From Macrostomum lignano (Eukaryota), in NCBI GenBank assembly GCA_002269645.1, contig NIVC01000556.1, forward strand, positions 124,001 through 188,000: DNA of 64,000 nt. Direction: 5' to 3'. The notes under the pieces are model-generated. The model saw only the letters and a list, made by a program, of their open reading frames with translations. It ran no database searches and was not told the DNA's origin. The position numbers and the translations under genes were made by a program. Below are positions 26,622-46,800 of this stretch, one piece after another; positions within the stretch are counted from its first letter, which is position 1; each line of letters begins with the position of its first letter.

Positions 26622-28927
26622 TCAGGTAGCTGGTGAGTCAATGCGCGAATGATGAGTCAGTGAGTCAGTCATTCGCAACAAACCGTTGACATCAACAATC
26701 AAAGTCGAGCAGAATTTTGATCGCCGAGCGGACGTATTAGGAAATTCCATAGCCGGCACCCGATCCCCGGTGTTCAAGTTCACCAGCAGGGGGCGTACGC
26801 ACTCAATGTGGCAGCGCGACCTTCCACCGTCGCCATAAAGGAAGGCAGGTGAAGAGGAGAATGAACTGCCTGCAGGTGAGCCTCGCTGCTGCTGCTGCTG
26901 TCTTTTCCTAATTCGTTGGGAAGGGCTCGAATCCTGGAGTCCGAATCTGTTTAGCCAGGAGTGCACTTTCTGAACCTCGATAGACAGCGCCGATGCAGAT
27001 GCTTCTGTCAGCGTCAGAGGCGACTGAGACGCCTGGCGCTTGGCCGCATTGGTACATGTAGATGATCCGCTCTCTCGGAGCTGGCCCTCCATTCGCTCGA
27101 TGTCGCCGCGAACCTGATCGGTAAGGCTGTGAATCGTCATTCTCACCTCGTCGATGTCATTCTGTAGCTCTTCAACCGCGGGATTCCAGCTGACGTCTTC
27201 GACTGTGTCGACTCCGGAAGCGTCGAGTTCAGCGTCGCAGTCAGCGACAGAGGCCGCGGTCAGCAGAGGACTGAGCCGATCGACATCAGCTTGAAGGCCG
27301 ACATCGTTGCGAACAGCTGCAGGAGGCAGCTGCTGTTCGACGACAGCGACAGACTCAAAACTACCAGCTGTCAGATCGTCGTCCCTGTCGATTACTGTCA
27401 GCGGCGTTGGAGGCGCTGGTGTTGCGGTGTTGACTCCGGCGCCTAAGACGCTAAGGCAGCCTCCGTTTCCGCAGCCGCCGCCGCTACCGCCAACAACGCT
27501 GCTTCGTCGAAGGCTGCTTCGTCGACTTCCGCCGAGCTGAAAGTCCGGAAGTACAACTGACAGCAGCGCCTGCTGCGGCAGCGGCTGAGGCTGCGGCACT
27601 GCAGACGACGTTTTTGGTGAAGACTCTTGAGTTATCGATATCGTCGACATGATTTCGCTGACCTCCTGGGAGCAACTGTTGCTGAGGCAACCATTGCTCT
27701 CGTTGTTGCATTCTGGCGGGTCATTAAGTTTGGACGCTTCATCAGCTCCAAATGCGACGCCATCAGTTTCGGTGAAGGAGCGCTCAAATCGACGACCTTG
27801 AAGGCGCCGTCTCGTGCGCATGTCGATCTGATGAGCCAACTCGGCGCGCTTGGCTGCCGCCGACTCGCTGATTGTCTGCGGCGGCTGCTGCTGCTGCGAC
27901 GGTTGCTTCTTCACACTTTCAAAGTTCAGTCCAGCGAAGGCGGCGTCTTGAGCAGCAACGCTGCATCTGCATGAAGAGAAAACTAACCAATGACTGACTG
28001 ACTGACTGACTGACTGACTGACTGACTGACTGACTGACTGACTGACTGACTGACTGACTGACTGACTGACTGACTGACTGACTGACTGACTGACTGACTG
28101 ACTGACTGACTAACAAAAAAGAATGATTGAAGATTGAACTTCATAAAAATACTTCTTAATACGCTGCTGCTGCGTCTGACGCTGCTGAAGCTGCTCTTCA
28201 GTCTGCATCTTAGAAACGGTTGCCGCTGTCGCTGCGGCTCGATTCACTGCCGAGTTCCTGGCGGCTGTGGCGACCGCAACCGCCCTCTGCCAGCGCTGCA
28301 GTCGAGCGTTGCCTCCTGAGACGCGCCTTTCGCCGCCGCTCCGTTTTCTGCCGTCAAGCGTCAGCAGCTGTCTGAGCACCCTGCGCAGCAGTTGACTCTC
28401 GTCCCGTTGCGCGGCGGAAGAGAAACTTGATGAAGCGTCGCTCAGGCTGGCGACGCCACCGCCAGCGCTGTCGGTCCGCGATGCCGTGGCGAGCGATCGC
28501 CGCCGATCGTCTAGCTGAGTCCGACGTTGCTGCCAGTTGCGGACGAATCGCTCCGGTAGGAAACGAAAATCACCGCCTGCCTCGTAGAGGTACTCGAGAC
28601 GGCGCACCTCAGCTGCGATGTCCGCTGGCGTCAGCGGAGTCTGCTGGCCACCAGCTGGCTGCTGGGGCGGCTGCGGCGGCAGCGAGACAGCCCCATGCGA
28701 GTCCATGGATGCTGGCGAGTCGGCGAATCTCGGATGAGTCAAACCCGACTGTTGCGGCAGGCCGCTGCTGCAGTAGGTCTGCAGATATTGCTGGATGGCT
28801 TCGTGCAGTCCAACGGAGGACATTCCCGCGCCAGCTGAAGACGAGAGCGAGTCACCAGTGGCGGCGGCTGCGGCGGCGGTGGCGCCAAATCCGCTTGTTG
28901 TCGTTGAAGAGCCACAACTGGACGCCA

Positions 28928-28962
<35 letters not shown>

Positions 28963-30564
28963 ATTCTTCTTTGGTGCCGTTTAAATTGGCTCTCACCGCG
29001 GCGTCCAACTAGCTCCGGGATGCTGTCCAGACTAGAGGGAGTCGGAGCGGCGGCGACTGCTCCAACGGCGGGTTCAGCGGTGCCGGCAGCTGCCGCCGCG
29101 ACAGCCCTTCTTTGATGATGTCGAAGTCGCCAGATAAGCCAGGAGCGACGGAAGTCCGGGTGGTTTGGCGGCTGCTGGTGCTGCTGCTGGTAGTAGCTGG
29201 GCCAGCCGCAGGCTAACCCGGGTTTTCGCGATCTGCGCCGCAGCAAGGAAGAAAAATCCTCGTCTCCAAAAATATCAAAGTAGAAAATATTGCGAATAAA
29301 AAAGAATGAGAAGAAATGCGAAGATGAGGGCGTGGCAAGAAAATTGATTCGTGCGACTTGGGGAGGCGGGGGTGCATTTTGGGATGCGGGGCATCACGCA
29401 GCAAGACATTGTGAGATGTCCGCCTTTTTGAGCGACAGGGTGAGAGGGGACGAAGGCCTGTCTGAGAGCCTTCGTTTTCAGTGCCAGTTCTCATGTGACT
29501 GACTGTACATGTACAGGCGTACTGTGGTATATTGAATGAGTTGGAATTGTTGCGTTCAAATTTCAACAGATTCTATTTTTAGTTGCTAATCAGTTTCTAC
29601 ATCAGTTGATACTAGCTCATAGACTCAGATGATGCTGGCTCATAGACTCAGATGATGCTGGCTCATAGACTCAGATGATGCTGGCTCATAGACTCAGATG
29701 ATGCTGGCTCATAGACTCAGGTGATACTGGCTTATAGAATCAGATGATGCTGGCTCATAGACTCAGGTGATGCTGGCTCATAGAATCAGATGATACTGGC
29801 TCATAGACTCAGGTGATGCTGGCTCATAGAATCAGATGATACTGGCTCATAGACTCAGGTGATGCTGGCTCATAGAATCAGATGATGCTGGCTCATAGAC
29901 TCAGGTGATGCTGGCTCATAGACTCAGGTGATGCTGGCTCATAGACTCAGATGATGCTGGCTCATAGACTCAGGTGATGCTGGCTCATAGACTCAGGTGA
30001 TACTAACGCATAGACTCAGGTGATGCTAGCACATAAGCTCAGATGATACTAATAGACTAAGATGACACTAGCTCATAAAAGATGAAACTAGCTCATAAAA
30101 GATGACACTAGCTCATAAAAAGATGATACTAGCTCATAAACTAAGATGATACTAGCTTACTAGCTCATAGACTCAGATGATACTAACTCAAAAATAAGAT
30201 GATACTCTTATAAACTCGGATGATACTAATAAGCTCAGATGAGACTAGCTCATAAACTCAGTTGATACCCGCTCATAGACTCAGATGATGTTCTTATAAA
30301 CTCAGATAATACCACTTCGTAACTCATAAACTCAGATGATGCTCTTTTAAACCCAGATGATACTAAAAAACTCAGATGATACTAATAACCTGTCACAAAC
30401 AAGAGCCTAGAACATCAGCCCTGCACTTACATGACCCTCCGTTTAAACGCTGCAGCATGTCGCCAAGTTCTGTCAGTTTGATATCGATGGCTTCCAGTGG
30501 CTTGCTGCGTGGCCTGCTGTTGCTGCAGCTCTGACGATGGCTCACCAGATTTGTTTTGCTGCAT
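26622..30564 (-). CDS. Orphan low-complexity Q/A/S/G-rich protein, about 852 aa, 3 exons
   Basis: Exons 30564-30431 (ATG with in-frame TAA 6 nt upstream, AT|GTAAGT, phase 2), 29232-28153 (phase 2-2, AA|GTATTT) and 27966-26622 (TGA); 2559 nt, phase-consistent. Short globular-looking islands plus a predicted coiled coil (VEELQNDIDEVRMTIHSLTDQVRGDIERMEGQL). No family recognised. Confidence 0.72.
27990..28112. repeat. (TGAC)n microsatellite filling most of orphan intron 2
   Basis: Directly visible. Confidence 0.97.
29612..30385. repeat. 23-bp minisatellite (catagactcagatgatgctggct), decaying 3'
   Basis: Directly visible; lies in orphan intron 1. Confidence 0.92.
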
Positions 30565-31726
30565 TTGTTAGCCCTCTGCTTCAAGGAGAAGCGCTTTGTT
30601 GAGCAGTCAAGAATTATTGAAACCTTTGCTAGAGTTTTATATACACGTCCTCGCCACGCAGCTTCGTTGATAAGAACATTTGAATCGATAATAAATTTTA
30701 TGTAGTGCAGATTTATTTATCTTTCTTTTAGAAGCCAGTTACTGTGGATGCCTTGGTATCAGTGCAACACGGATCCTTATCTCCAGTTTTTGTTCTGCAG
30801 CTCGCTACTGACGATAAGTAGGGTCTACCGAACATTTTCATGTGCGCGTATTTCATGTACAGGAAACATTAGAGAAATTTGCAATAGGGTACCGGCAGTA
30901 ATCTTAGTGCCACACAAGTTGAAGGTCCAGAAGTTCCGGCTAGGTGAAGGCAGGTGACTGACGAAGTGAGGGTCGACGTGCTGATGAAATTTGAAGGCTT
31001 GGCAGGGCTGCACCTGCAATTGGAACATATGGGGAAAACCCGACCTTCTGGAATAATTGTTGAACATCTTGACGATCCAGAGGGCTGGCGACTTGATTCT
31101 TGTTTGAGAAGGTGCTCAACAAAAAGTTAGCCCGTGTGTTCTTGAACTTCGCGTCTGCACAAGGACAACTTCATCATAGTGATTGACTAATCATAGTCAT
31201 GAGTTGTCCTTGCGTCTGCATTGATTTTCAGAGGGATTTCTGAGGGATTTGTGGTTGGCCCACAAGGAGGTGAAGTGCACCATAAGCTACGTACTTCAGT
31301 AGACGCTAAAACAGCATCATGTCATGTCATAGCGAATCTTGTGGAAAGCAAAGGGTAAAAAAGGGCTGGGAGAGACGAGAGCCAGCTGACCACTAAATGA
31401 GAGAAAAAATTCAATTCAAATCTAAGCCAGGCAGGACTATGGCGTGGCCCCCTTGTTGAAGGAAGTGTTCCGGCGACTGGAATGAGGTAGGGCAGACGGG
31501 GGGTTAGAGAAAATTAAAATCGATATTTTTTTTAAGCTTTGGCAGTTCCAACGGCACAGCTGTTCCGTACCTGAATTCGGGTAGTTTAGTGGAGAGCTGA
31601 TTTTCCAGCCATTTTTTAGCTTCTCAATCTCAAATCCGATTTACGAGCACTGAAAGGCTCCTGCCCGATCCTCAGCATACTTTTAGCTGTGCAGTACACT
31701 TTACTGTAAATTGCTGTAGCTTGCCT

Positions 31727-31727
31727 A

Positions 31728-31758
<31 letters not shown>

Positions 31759-31761
31759 TAG

Positions 31762-31795
<34 letters not shown>
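31727..31795. repeat. (TGTC)n microsatellite
   Basis: Directly visible. Confidence 0.9.
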
Positions 31796-31798
<3 letters not shown>

Positions 31799-32351
31799 TA
31801 GTGCCGCAGAGGTGATTTACGCAGTTTAGCTACAGAGACAAAATTCCTAGCAAGTTAAATTCAGCCATAGCGAATAGTGAGTCATAGCGCAGCTCAACTG
31901 AATGCACGAGTAGAGGCTGAACTGCCATTGGCTGACTGAAGCAGCAGGAAAGAGAAGGAAGAAAGAAGCCAAACAGTGTATAAGCAGGCCCTGCTTTTTC
32001 AAGCCGCACATATATATATATACAAGTGGGAAGCAAAGCCAGAGTTCGGGTCCTGACAGGTTTTCGAGTTTTCAAGAAAAGGCGTTCATTTAAAAAGCCA
32101 CTCGACAGTAATTAAAACTGCGAAAAGGTTCACCGGTTGAGACTGAAGGACTTGAGACAGGTGGAGAAATCGAGGAAGCGGCTTTTAAAACTCACTCGTG
32201 TCTCTCCTTAACAAGCAAGTTGGAGAACATGACGAACAGCTTCCAGGACCGCTGTCAACGAATTCAACGTAGACATCGATCTTTCTGTGGAAGCGAACAC
32301 TTTGACTAGTTTGAATTCTTTTTCCACATCGATCATTTTCGAAAGTTTAGG

Positions 32352-39656
<7,305 letters not shown>

Positions 39657-40109
39657 GTTTTGATTTTTACTTTTTACCCGACAAACTAATGGGATGTAGA
39701 AAAGAGAACATTGGTCGTATTTAAATTTGGTTTGAACTAAATTTGAAGGTGTCACAACACATACTAGATTGTTAGTGTTTCATTGTCGCTATTCAATAAA
39801 AATATATTGAGTGATGCTTAAAGAAGAAACTCCTTTTCCGACAGTTGAATTGCATTTGAATTGAAATTGTAGCTCTTGTTGTATTATGGAAGCAAAATGT
39901 TGTAGGATATTCACGTATTTTGCCAATGCTGTTTAACTCAGCTCAACTCTAGTAACTGGGATTACGGAGAATTACAGGTGCTCTGTGGTATATTTTTTAC
40001 GTCATCAGAGAGGTAAAGTACAAGTACGAGCTAAAGAAAAGTGAGAATTGAAAGTAAAAGAGAGGCTAGTTTGAAAGTTGGTGGATGAGAGAAGAAGGAG
40101 TGAAAGGGG

Positions 40110-40710
40110 AGACGGTCTAATGAGAGAGAGGGAGAGAGAGGAAAAAAAGGAAGATGATAGAGGGAAAGAGAGTGGGAGAGGTGAAAAGGAGAGAGAAAGC
40201 GAGAGAGGGAGAGGGAGAGGGAGAGAGGGAAGAGGGAGAGGGAGAGAGGGGAGAGGGAGAGGGAGAGAGGGAGAGAGGGAGAGGGCGAGAGGGGGATAAA
40301 GGGAGAGAGATGGAGAGAATGAGAGTCGGTGAGACAGAGGGAGAGAGAAAGAGAGGGAGAGGGAGAGGGAGAGAGGGGAGAGCGAGAGGGAGAGAGGGGA
40401 GAGCGAGAGATCGAGAGGGAGAGAGAAGAGAGGGGGAGGCGGGGAGAGAGAGGGAGAGAGGAGGAGAGGGAGAGAATGAGAGTCGGTGAGAGAGAGGGAG
40501 AGAGAGAGGGAGAGAGATGGAGAGAATGAGAGTCGGTGAGAGAGAGGGAGAGAGAGAGGGAGAGAGAGGGAGAGAGGAGAGAGGGGGATGCGGGGAGAGA
40601 GAGGGAGAGAAGAGGACAGGTAGAGAGAGAGGGAGAGAGGAGAGAGTGAGAGAGAGGGGGAGTGGGAGAGAGAGGGGAGTGGGAGAGAGAGGGGGAGTGG
40701 GAGAGAGAGG
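40110..40710. repeat. GA-rich low-complexity / (GGAGAGAG)n tract
   Basis: Purine-only tract with internal repeats. Confidence 0.9.
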
Positions 40711-41329
40711 TCACAGCCCTAAAAGAACACATGGCTTGCTAGTTTTAAAAAAGCACCCGACGCTCCCAGTGCGGTGCAGTCAGTGAGGAATTCCTAAGAG
40801 CCTCCCAAAAGTTCTTAACTTTATTTACTGCCAGCCCGGGAGAACTGAGGGTGGAACGGCATTGTAGGGAATTCAGTGTGGGAACGACAGAGACTTAGAG
40901 TGCTCCCGATTCCTAGTCAAGGTTCAGGGAATATTTTATTTTAGTTATCGGACTGCGAATGTTGAATTGTTTGACAAAACAGCTCCTTCGAAGTTGGTAC
41001 CCGTAGTTGGCGCTACAGGAGAGAGAGAAGTGGGGAAACAACGCAGCATGCAAAGACCGAAAATCTGCCGTTTTAACTTCCGCACGATGGAGCAATTAAC
41101 CCGAAGGTATAGGAATAATTTCTGGTCATAAAAATATCCAGCAAATTTTTCTCGTGAATATTTTTTAAACAGAAACTACAGTGTTTCCTGGCGCAGTTGT
41201 ACTTTAAGCGATCTTAGCTTGTGACCTGGATGCAATATTTGATGATTATTTAAAGAAAGCAAAGCTGCATTTCTGATATTCTACAAGTTCAAAACTTCAT
41301 ACCGTTGGAAAATTTCAGTTCTCCCAACT

Positions 41330-41670
41330 CTCACCTCTCTCTACTTCTCTCCCCTCTCTCCATGTCTCCCTCTCTCCCTCCCTCCTCTCTCTCCACTCTC
41401 CCTCTCTCCCTCTCTCCCTCTCTCTCCCCACACTCCCTCTCCCCTCTCTCCCTCTCTTCTCCCCCTCTCCCCTCCCTCCCTCCCTCCCTCCCTACCTCCC
41501 TCCCTCCCTCCCTCTCTCCCTCTCTCCCTCTCTCCCTCCCTCCCTCCCTCCCTCCCTACCTCTCCCTCCCTTCCTCTCTCCCTCTCTCCCTCCCTCTCTC
41601 CCTCTCTCCCTCCCTCCCTCCCTCTCTCCCTCTCTCCCTCTCTTCCTCTCTCCCTCTCTCACCTCTCTCT
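41330..41670. repeat. CT-rich low-complexity tract
   Basis: Pyrimidine-only tract. Confidence 0.9.
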
Positions 41671-42474
41671 GTATAGACGTTTTAAAAGAATTCTATTATA
41701 TTAACAAAAGCCTTTTGTAAAAATAGAACGATTTTTCCCAAGAACACGGTCAGAAAATAAAGTAATTCATTGAGCTGTGCTTTCGTCCTTAACTAACACT
41801 AAAAACGTTTGTGAGCTCCTGGGGAGAGACAGAAAGTTTGGGAGAGATCATCCCGGCAAGGAAAGAAAGTAATCAAAGCCAAGGTCAAGCTCTTCAGAAC
41901 TGGGAGAAGACTCAACAAACGTGACGGGTTTGCTAAATATTTTTTTAGCCTAAGAAGACCAAGAAGCCATCGTTGAATAAATATAATTAGTTAAAAAACT
42001 GCTGGTCACGAGGTGAACTGTGTGTGGGGGGGGGTATTTATCTGATAGCTTTAACTGTTTTCACCTGTAAACTTTTCGATATTAGAGAGAGGTAAAAATA
42101 TTGAGATTGAGAGTTGATTAAGAGAAGGGTAGAAAGAGAGGGAGAAAGACAGAGGGGGGTTAGAGAGGGAGAGGGGTAGAGGGGTAGAGAGGGAGAAGAG
42201 AGGGAAGTGGAGAAGCTACGTAAACAATTAAGACGGTATTAAAAAGCTTCTAGAACATTTCTATTTTAAATATCGTTGCAATTTGATACCATGAGACTGC
42301 AGTGATTTGGCACACTGAAGTCTCCAAAAAGATTTGCGAAGCTCCAAAGTTCCAACAAAATTACTGAATCAGTTGCACACTTTTATTTGTTTCTTAAGGT
42401 CTTAAGCATTTTTAAGAAGGTCTAGCAGGTGAAAATCTTGTAAACCATGTACAGTTTTGCTGCGGTTGCAATCC

Positions 42475-42725
42475 TATAATAACAGGTACAGAGCATTTAC
42501 GACAGGTACAGAGCATTTATAGCAGGTACAGAGCTTGTATAACAGGTACAGAGCTTGTGTAACAGGTACAGAGCTTGTGTAACAGGTACAGAGCTTGTAT
42601 AACAGGTACAGAGCTTGTATAACAGGTACAGAGCCTTCATAACAGGTACAGAGCTTGTATAACAGGTACAGAGCTTGTATAACAGGTACAGAGCCTTCAT
42701 AACAGGTAAAGAGCCGGTATAACAT
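42475..42725. repeat. 20-bp minisatellite (aacaggtacagagcttgtat)
   Basis: About 12 copies visible. Confidence 0.93.
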
Positions 42726-42949
42726 GTACAAGGACTGTATTACAGTTAGAATTTGTTAAAGAGATGCAGTGCTTGCAGCCTTGCTTATCAAAATATCTGA
42801 CTTTCTAAGTATTAACCAGATATTTTGAGAATTCTATCAATTTTATCTTTAGTTGACTACTAGCGTAATTATCTTGCCAGTAGTATGAATATAAAACAGG
42901 TAACTTTAGAAGTTACTATTTAACAGTGGTTAGAGAGAAAGAGAGTGGC

Positions 42950-43770
42950 GTTAGAGAGAGGTAGTGAGAGAAAGAAATAGAGAGAAGAGAGGCAGAGAAG
43001 GACAGAAAAAGAGAGAGAAAGAGGCAGAGAGGGAGAGAGGGAGAGATGGAGAGAGGGAGAGAGGGAGAGGGAGAGAGGGAGAGGGGGAAAAGAGAGAGAG
43101 GGTGAGAGGGAGAGAAAGAAAGAGGGAAAGAGGGAGAGAGGCAGAGAGGGAGAGAGAGGGTGAGTGTGAGAAGGAGAGAGGGAGAGAGGAAGAGAGGGAG
43201 AGAGGGAGAGAGGGAGAGAGGGAGAGAGGAAGAGAGGGAGAGAGGGATAGAGGGAGAGATGGAGAGATGGAGAGAGGGAGAGGGAGAGAGGGAGAGGGGG
43301 AAAAGAGAGAGAGGGTGAGAGGTAGAGAAAGAAAGAGGAAAAGAGGGAGAGAGAGGGTGAGAGTGTGAGAAAGAGAGGGGAGAGAGAGAAAGAGGGAAAG
43401 AGGGAGAGAGGGAGAGAGAAAGAGAGGGAGAGAGGGAGAGGGAGAGAGGGAGAGAGGGAGAGAGGGAGAGAGGGAGAGAGGAAGAGAGGGAGAGAGGGAG
43501 AGAGGGAGAGAGGGAGAGATGGAGAGAGGGAGAGGGAGAGAGGGAGAGGGGGAAAAGAGAGAGAGGGTGAGAGGGAGAGAAAGAAAGAGGGAAAGAGGGA
43601 GAGAGGCAGAGAGGGAGAGAGAGGGTGAGAGTGTGAGAAAAAGAGAGGGAGAGAGAGAAAGAGGGAAAGAGGGAGAGAGGGAGAGAGGGAGAGAGGGAGA
43701 GAGGGAGAGAGGGAGAGAGGGAGAGAGGGAGAGGGAGAGGGAGAGAGGGAGACAGGTAGAGAGAGAGAGC
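42950..43770. repeat. GA-rich (GAGAGAGG)n tract with internal block duplication
   Basis: Directly visible. Confidence 0.9.
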
Positions 43771-43808
43771 CAGTTCACTGTACAGTTTTCCAATCGCTCA
43801 TCAGCGTC

Positions 43809-46800
43809 TCAGCCGTTGCAGCGGAACTCGTTGGGCATCAGGCGCAGCACAGCGAAGCCCTGACCGCCTGGCAGGACGTTCGCTCCGCCGGCGAAAGCGC
43901 AACCAACTCCGCCACAGAAAGAGCCGCCGCCGCCTCCGCAGTTGCCGAACGCTGTCCCGGCGCCGCCACCGCTGAAGCCGCCGCCGGCGCCTGAAGCGCC
44001 ACTTCTTTTGTAATTTCCGCCGCCACCGCCGCCGCCACCAAAGCCGCCGACGCCGGTGTTGTTGTCAGCGGCGACTCCGCCAAGCCAGTTGTCGTCGCGA
44101 CTGCCGCCAGTTCCGCCCTCGTAGCTGCTGGTCCTGGGCCACGTCCAGCCGCCGAGCCATCCGGCGCCGCAGCCGCCCCAGACTCTGGTGTCGTTGTCAC
44201 CGCGGGGCGAGCTGCTCCCAGAGGCTCCGTTGGCGCCACCGAAGCCCGTGTAGGTGTACGTTCCACCAGTCGAGTCGATGCCGTTGACGCCCGGATTTCC
44301 TGGCTTGCCTGTTGCGGGAATATAAATTTGGATTAGGCGTTTCTTAGAAAGCTACAGAATCAAAATTTGGATTAGTCGTTTCTTAGAAAGCTACAAAATC
44401 CAAATTTGAATTAGGTGTTTCTTAGAAAGCTACAGAATCAAAATTTGGATTAGGCGTTTCTTAGAAAGCTGCACAATACAAACTTAAATTAGTCGTTTTT
44501 TAGAAAGCTACAGAATCAAAATTTGGATAAGGCGTTTCTTAGAAAGCTGCACAATACAAACTTAAATTAGTCGTTTCTTAGAAAGCTACAGAATCAAAAT
44601 TTGGATTAGGCGTTTCTTAGAAAGTTGCACAATACAAACTTAAATTAGTCGTTTTTTAGAAAGCTACAGAATCAAAATTTGGATTAGTCGTTTCTTAGAA
44701 AGCTACAGAATATAAATTTTGATTAGTCGTTTCTTAGAGAGCTATACAATATAATAGCTATAGAATTTTCGATTTCTGACTGAGAAGGTCCTGACGTGAA
44801 ACCAGTTGAGGTATTACCCACGTATGATCGGATACTACATTAGCTTAACTGACAAAATTCCAGCTGCATAGACACTCATGATACAGTCCTACTATACTCT
44901 AAACTAGTGTAGTGAGCCGCTAGTTTATGGTTAGGCGTCGCCCTTGTCAGCTGCTCCCTTGCCCTCCCTTTGGGTTGCTGTCTGCCGCTGGTCAGCTTCC
45001 CGCCCCCCTTTCGTTTGCCTGTCGCCCCCCCCCGTGTCCTTTCCGCCCTGCTGCGTCTCCGTTCTCAGCCCTCAGTCTCTCGACTATGGGCTGTCTCTGT
45101 TTCGCTTCCGTCCCGTTTTTCCCTGTCTTGTGAGCTAGTCACATGACAGTATTTTCTTGCGTTCTTTGAGTCTTAAAGTGCAGTAAACATGTTTACTGCA
45201 CTCGCTGGCCCTGTTTACCGGGTGAGTCACATGCTTTCGGACCCCTCCCTTCTCTAAGGAGAGGAGTGACTCATGTTGCTAAAAATAGCAACTGAGTCAC
45301 AGCCATGTGCACTCTGCCGGGGACCCTCAAGTGACGTCAGTTCTAAAAATAGAACAAGTCACGAGGTCTTCCGCGCGCTTGTACCCTGCCCGAGACTCTC
45401 GAGTGACGTCAGTTCTAAAAATAGAACAAGTCACGAGGTCTTCTGCGCGGGTGTTTCCCGGCTATAAATAGGAGCCCTCTCCCCATTGTTTCCGTCAAGG
45501 AGTCGTCTTCCCGAGCCTCGAGTTTGAGTTTCCAGTTCCTAAGTCTGAGACTGAGTGTCAGCCCGTCTGTGTGCGTTAAAGTTCTGTTCTTATTGGTCTA
45601 CCTGAGACCCTACTAAAGCAAACCCCAAGCCTACGAGAGGCTAACTCAGCCCTCCCTGTACCATCCAAGCCCGGCAGGTGCTGCTGACGAGACGCCTTGT
45701 ACGTTGAACTGCAAATCTGCACCTGGTGCTGAGTTCGTTGACTTCATTATTTCGTTCCGACGGGAAGCTCACCTCACCGAAGGCCGAGACCTGAAGGAAC
45801 TGGTGGCAGCACTACCTACGCTACTGAGAGAGTTAAGAAGGCTTCCGAGTGAGAAGACGGAGAGCCCAAATCACCGTGCTAGACAGCAGGAGAAGCACAG
45901 GTACAACACTAGCTACTTGAATGTAGCAAGCCATAAGTAACAATCGCAGAAAATCGATAGGCATCCAAGCAAAAGCATACCATCACATTTGTCAGAAGGG
46001 CCACCGCCACCTCCGGCGGACAGATACAGCAAATTCGCGCCTCCGCTGCCGCCATCTGGCGAGTGCACGAAGGTGCCACCGCCTCCGCCGGCCCCGGCAT
46101 TTTTGCAGCAAGCCGGGCCGCCCGCCTGACCGACAATGATGTGCAGCTCAGTGCCCACCGTCAGTAAAAAGAAGCCCGACGCTCGGGCTCCTTTGCCGCC
46201 GGGTCGTCCGTAGAACGCACTGCTGCCGCCTTTGGCTCCAGCGGCCTCGAGGTTGTAGCAGCCAGTTGCCGGGGTGACAAACTTTTGGACACTGCCGCTT
46301 CGGCCTGTACCTGAGTCTGAATTGGTTGGTTGGTTGGTTGGTTGGTTGGTTGGTTGGTTGGTTGGTTGGTTGGTTGGTTGGTTGGTTGGTTGGTTGGTTG
46401 GTTGGTTGGTTGGTTGGTTGGTTGGTTGGTTGGTTGGTTGGTTGGTTGGTTGGTTGGTTGGTTGGTTGGTTGGTTGGTTGGTTGGTTGGTTGGTTGTTGT
46501 TGTTGTTACTCCCGGCCGGTTGGATCCGGGGGGCGTGTCTGCGCCCCTACCGTGCGGAGGAAATCGAGCGCGCGGAGGCCGTCCGTCGAGAGGACGGCCA
46601 GGGACGGTTTTGGCCCAAGGATGCGGGCCCGAAGGTCGTCAAGGGCCCGGCAGTGCAGGAGGACGTGGGCCACGTCTTCGTCGGCGGCCCCGCAGCGGGG
46701 GCAGGTGGCGGCGGTGTCCAGGCCGATCCGGTGCCGATACCAGCGCAGGAGCGGTGAGTGGCCCGTGCGCAGCTGGGCGAGGGTCACCGCGTCGGCCCGG

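Noticed and set aside
30825-31122. Short minus-strand ORFs upstream of the orphan gene
   Set aside because: An in-frame stop precedes ATG 30564, so at most this is 5' UTR; no homology recognised.
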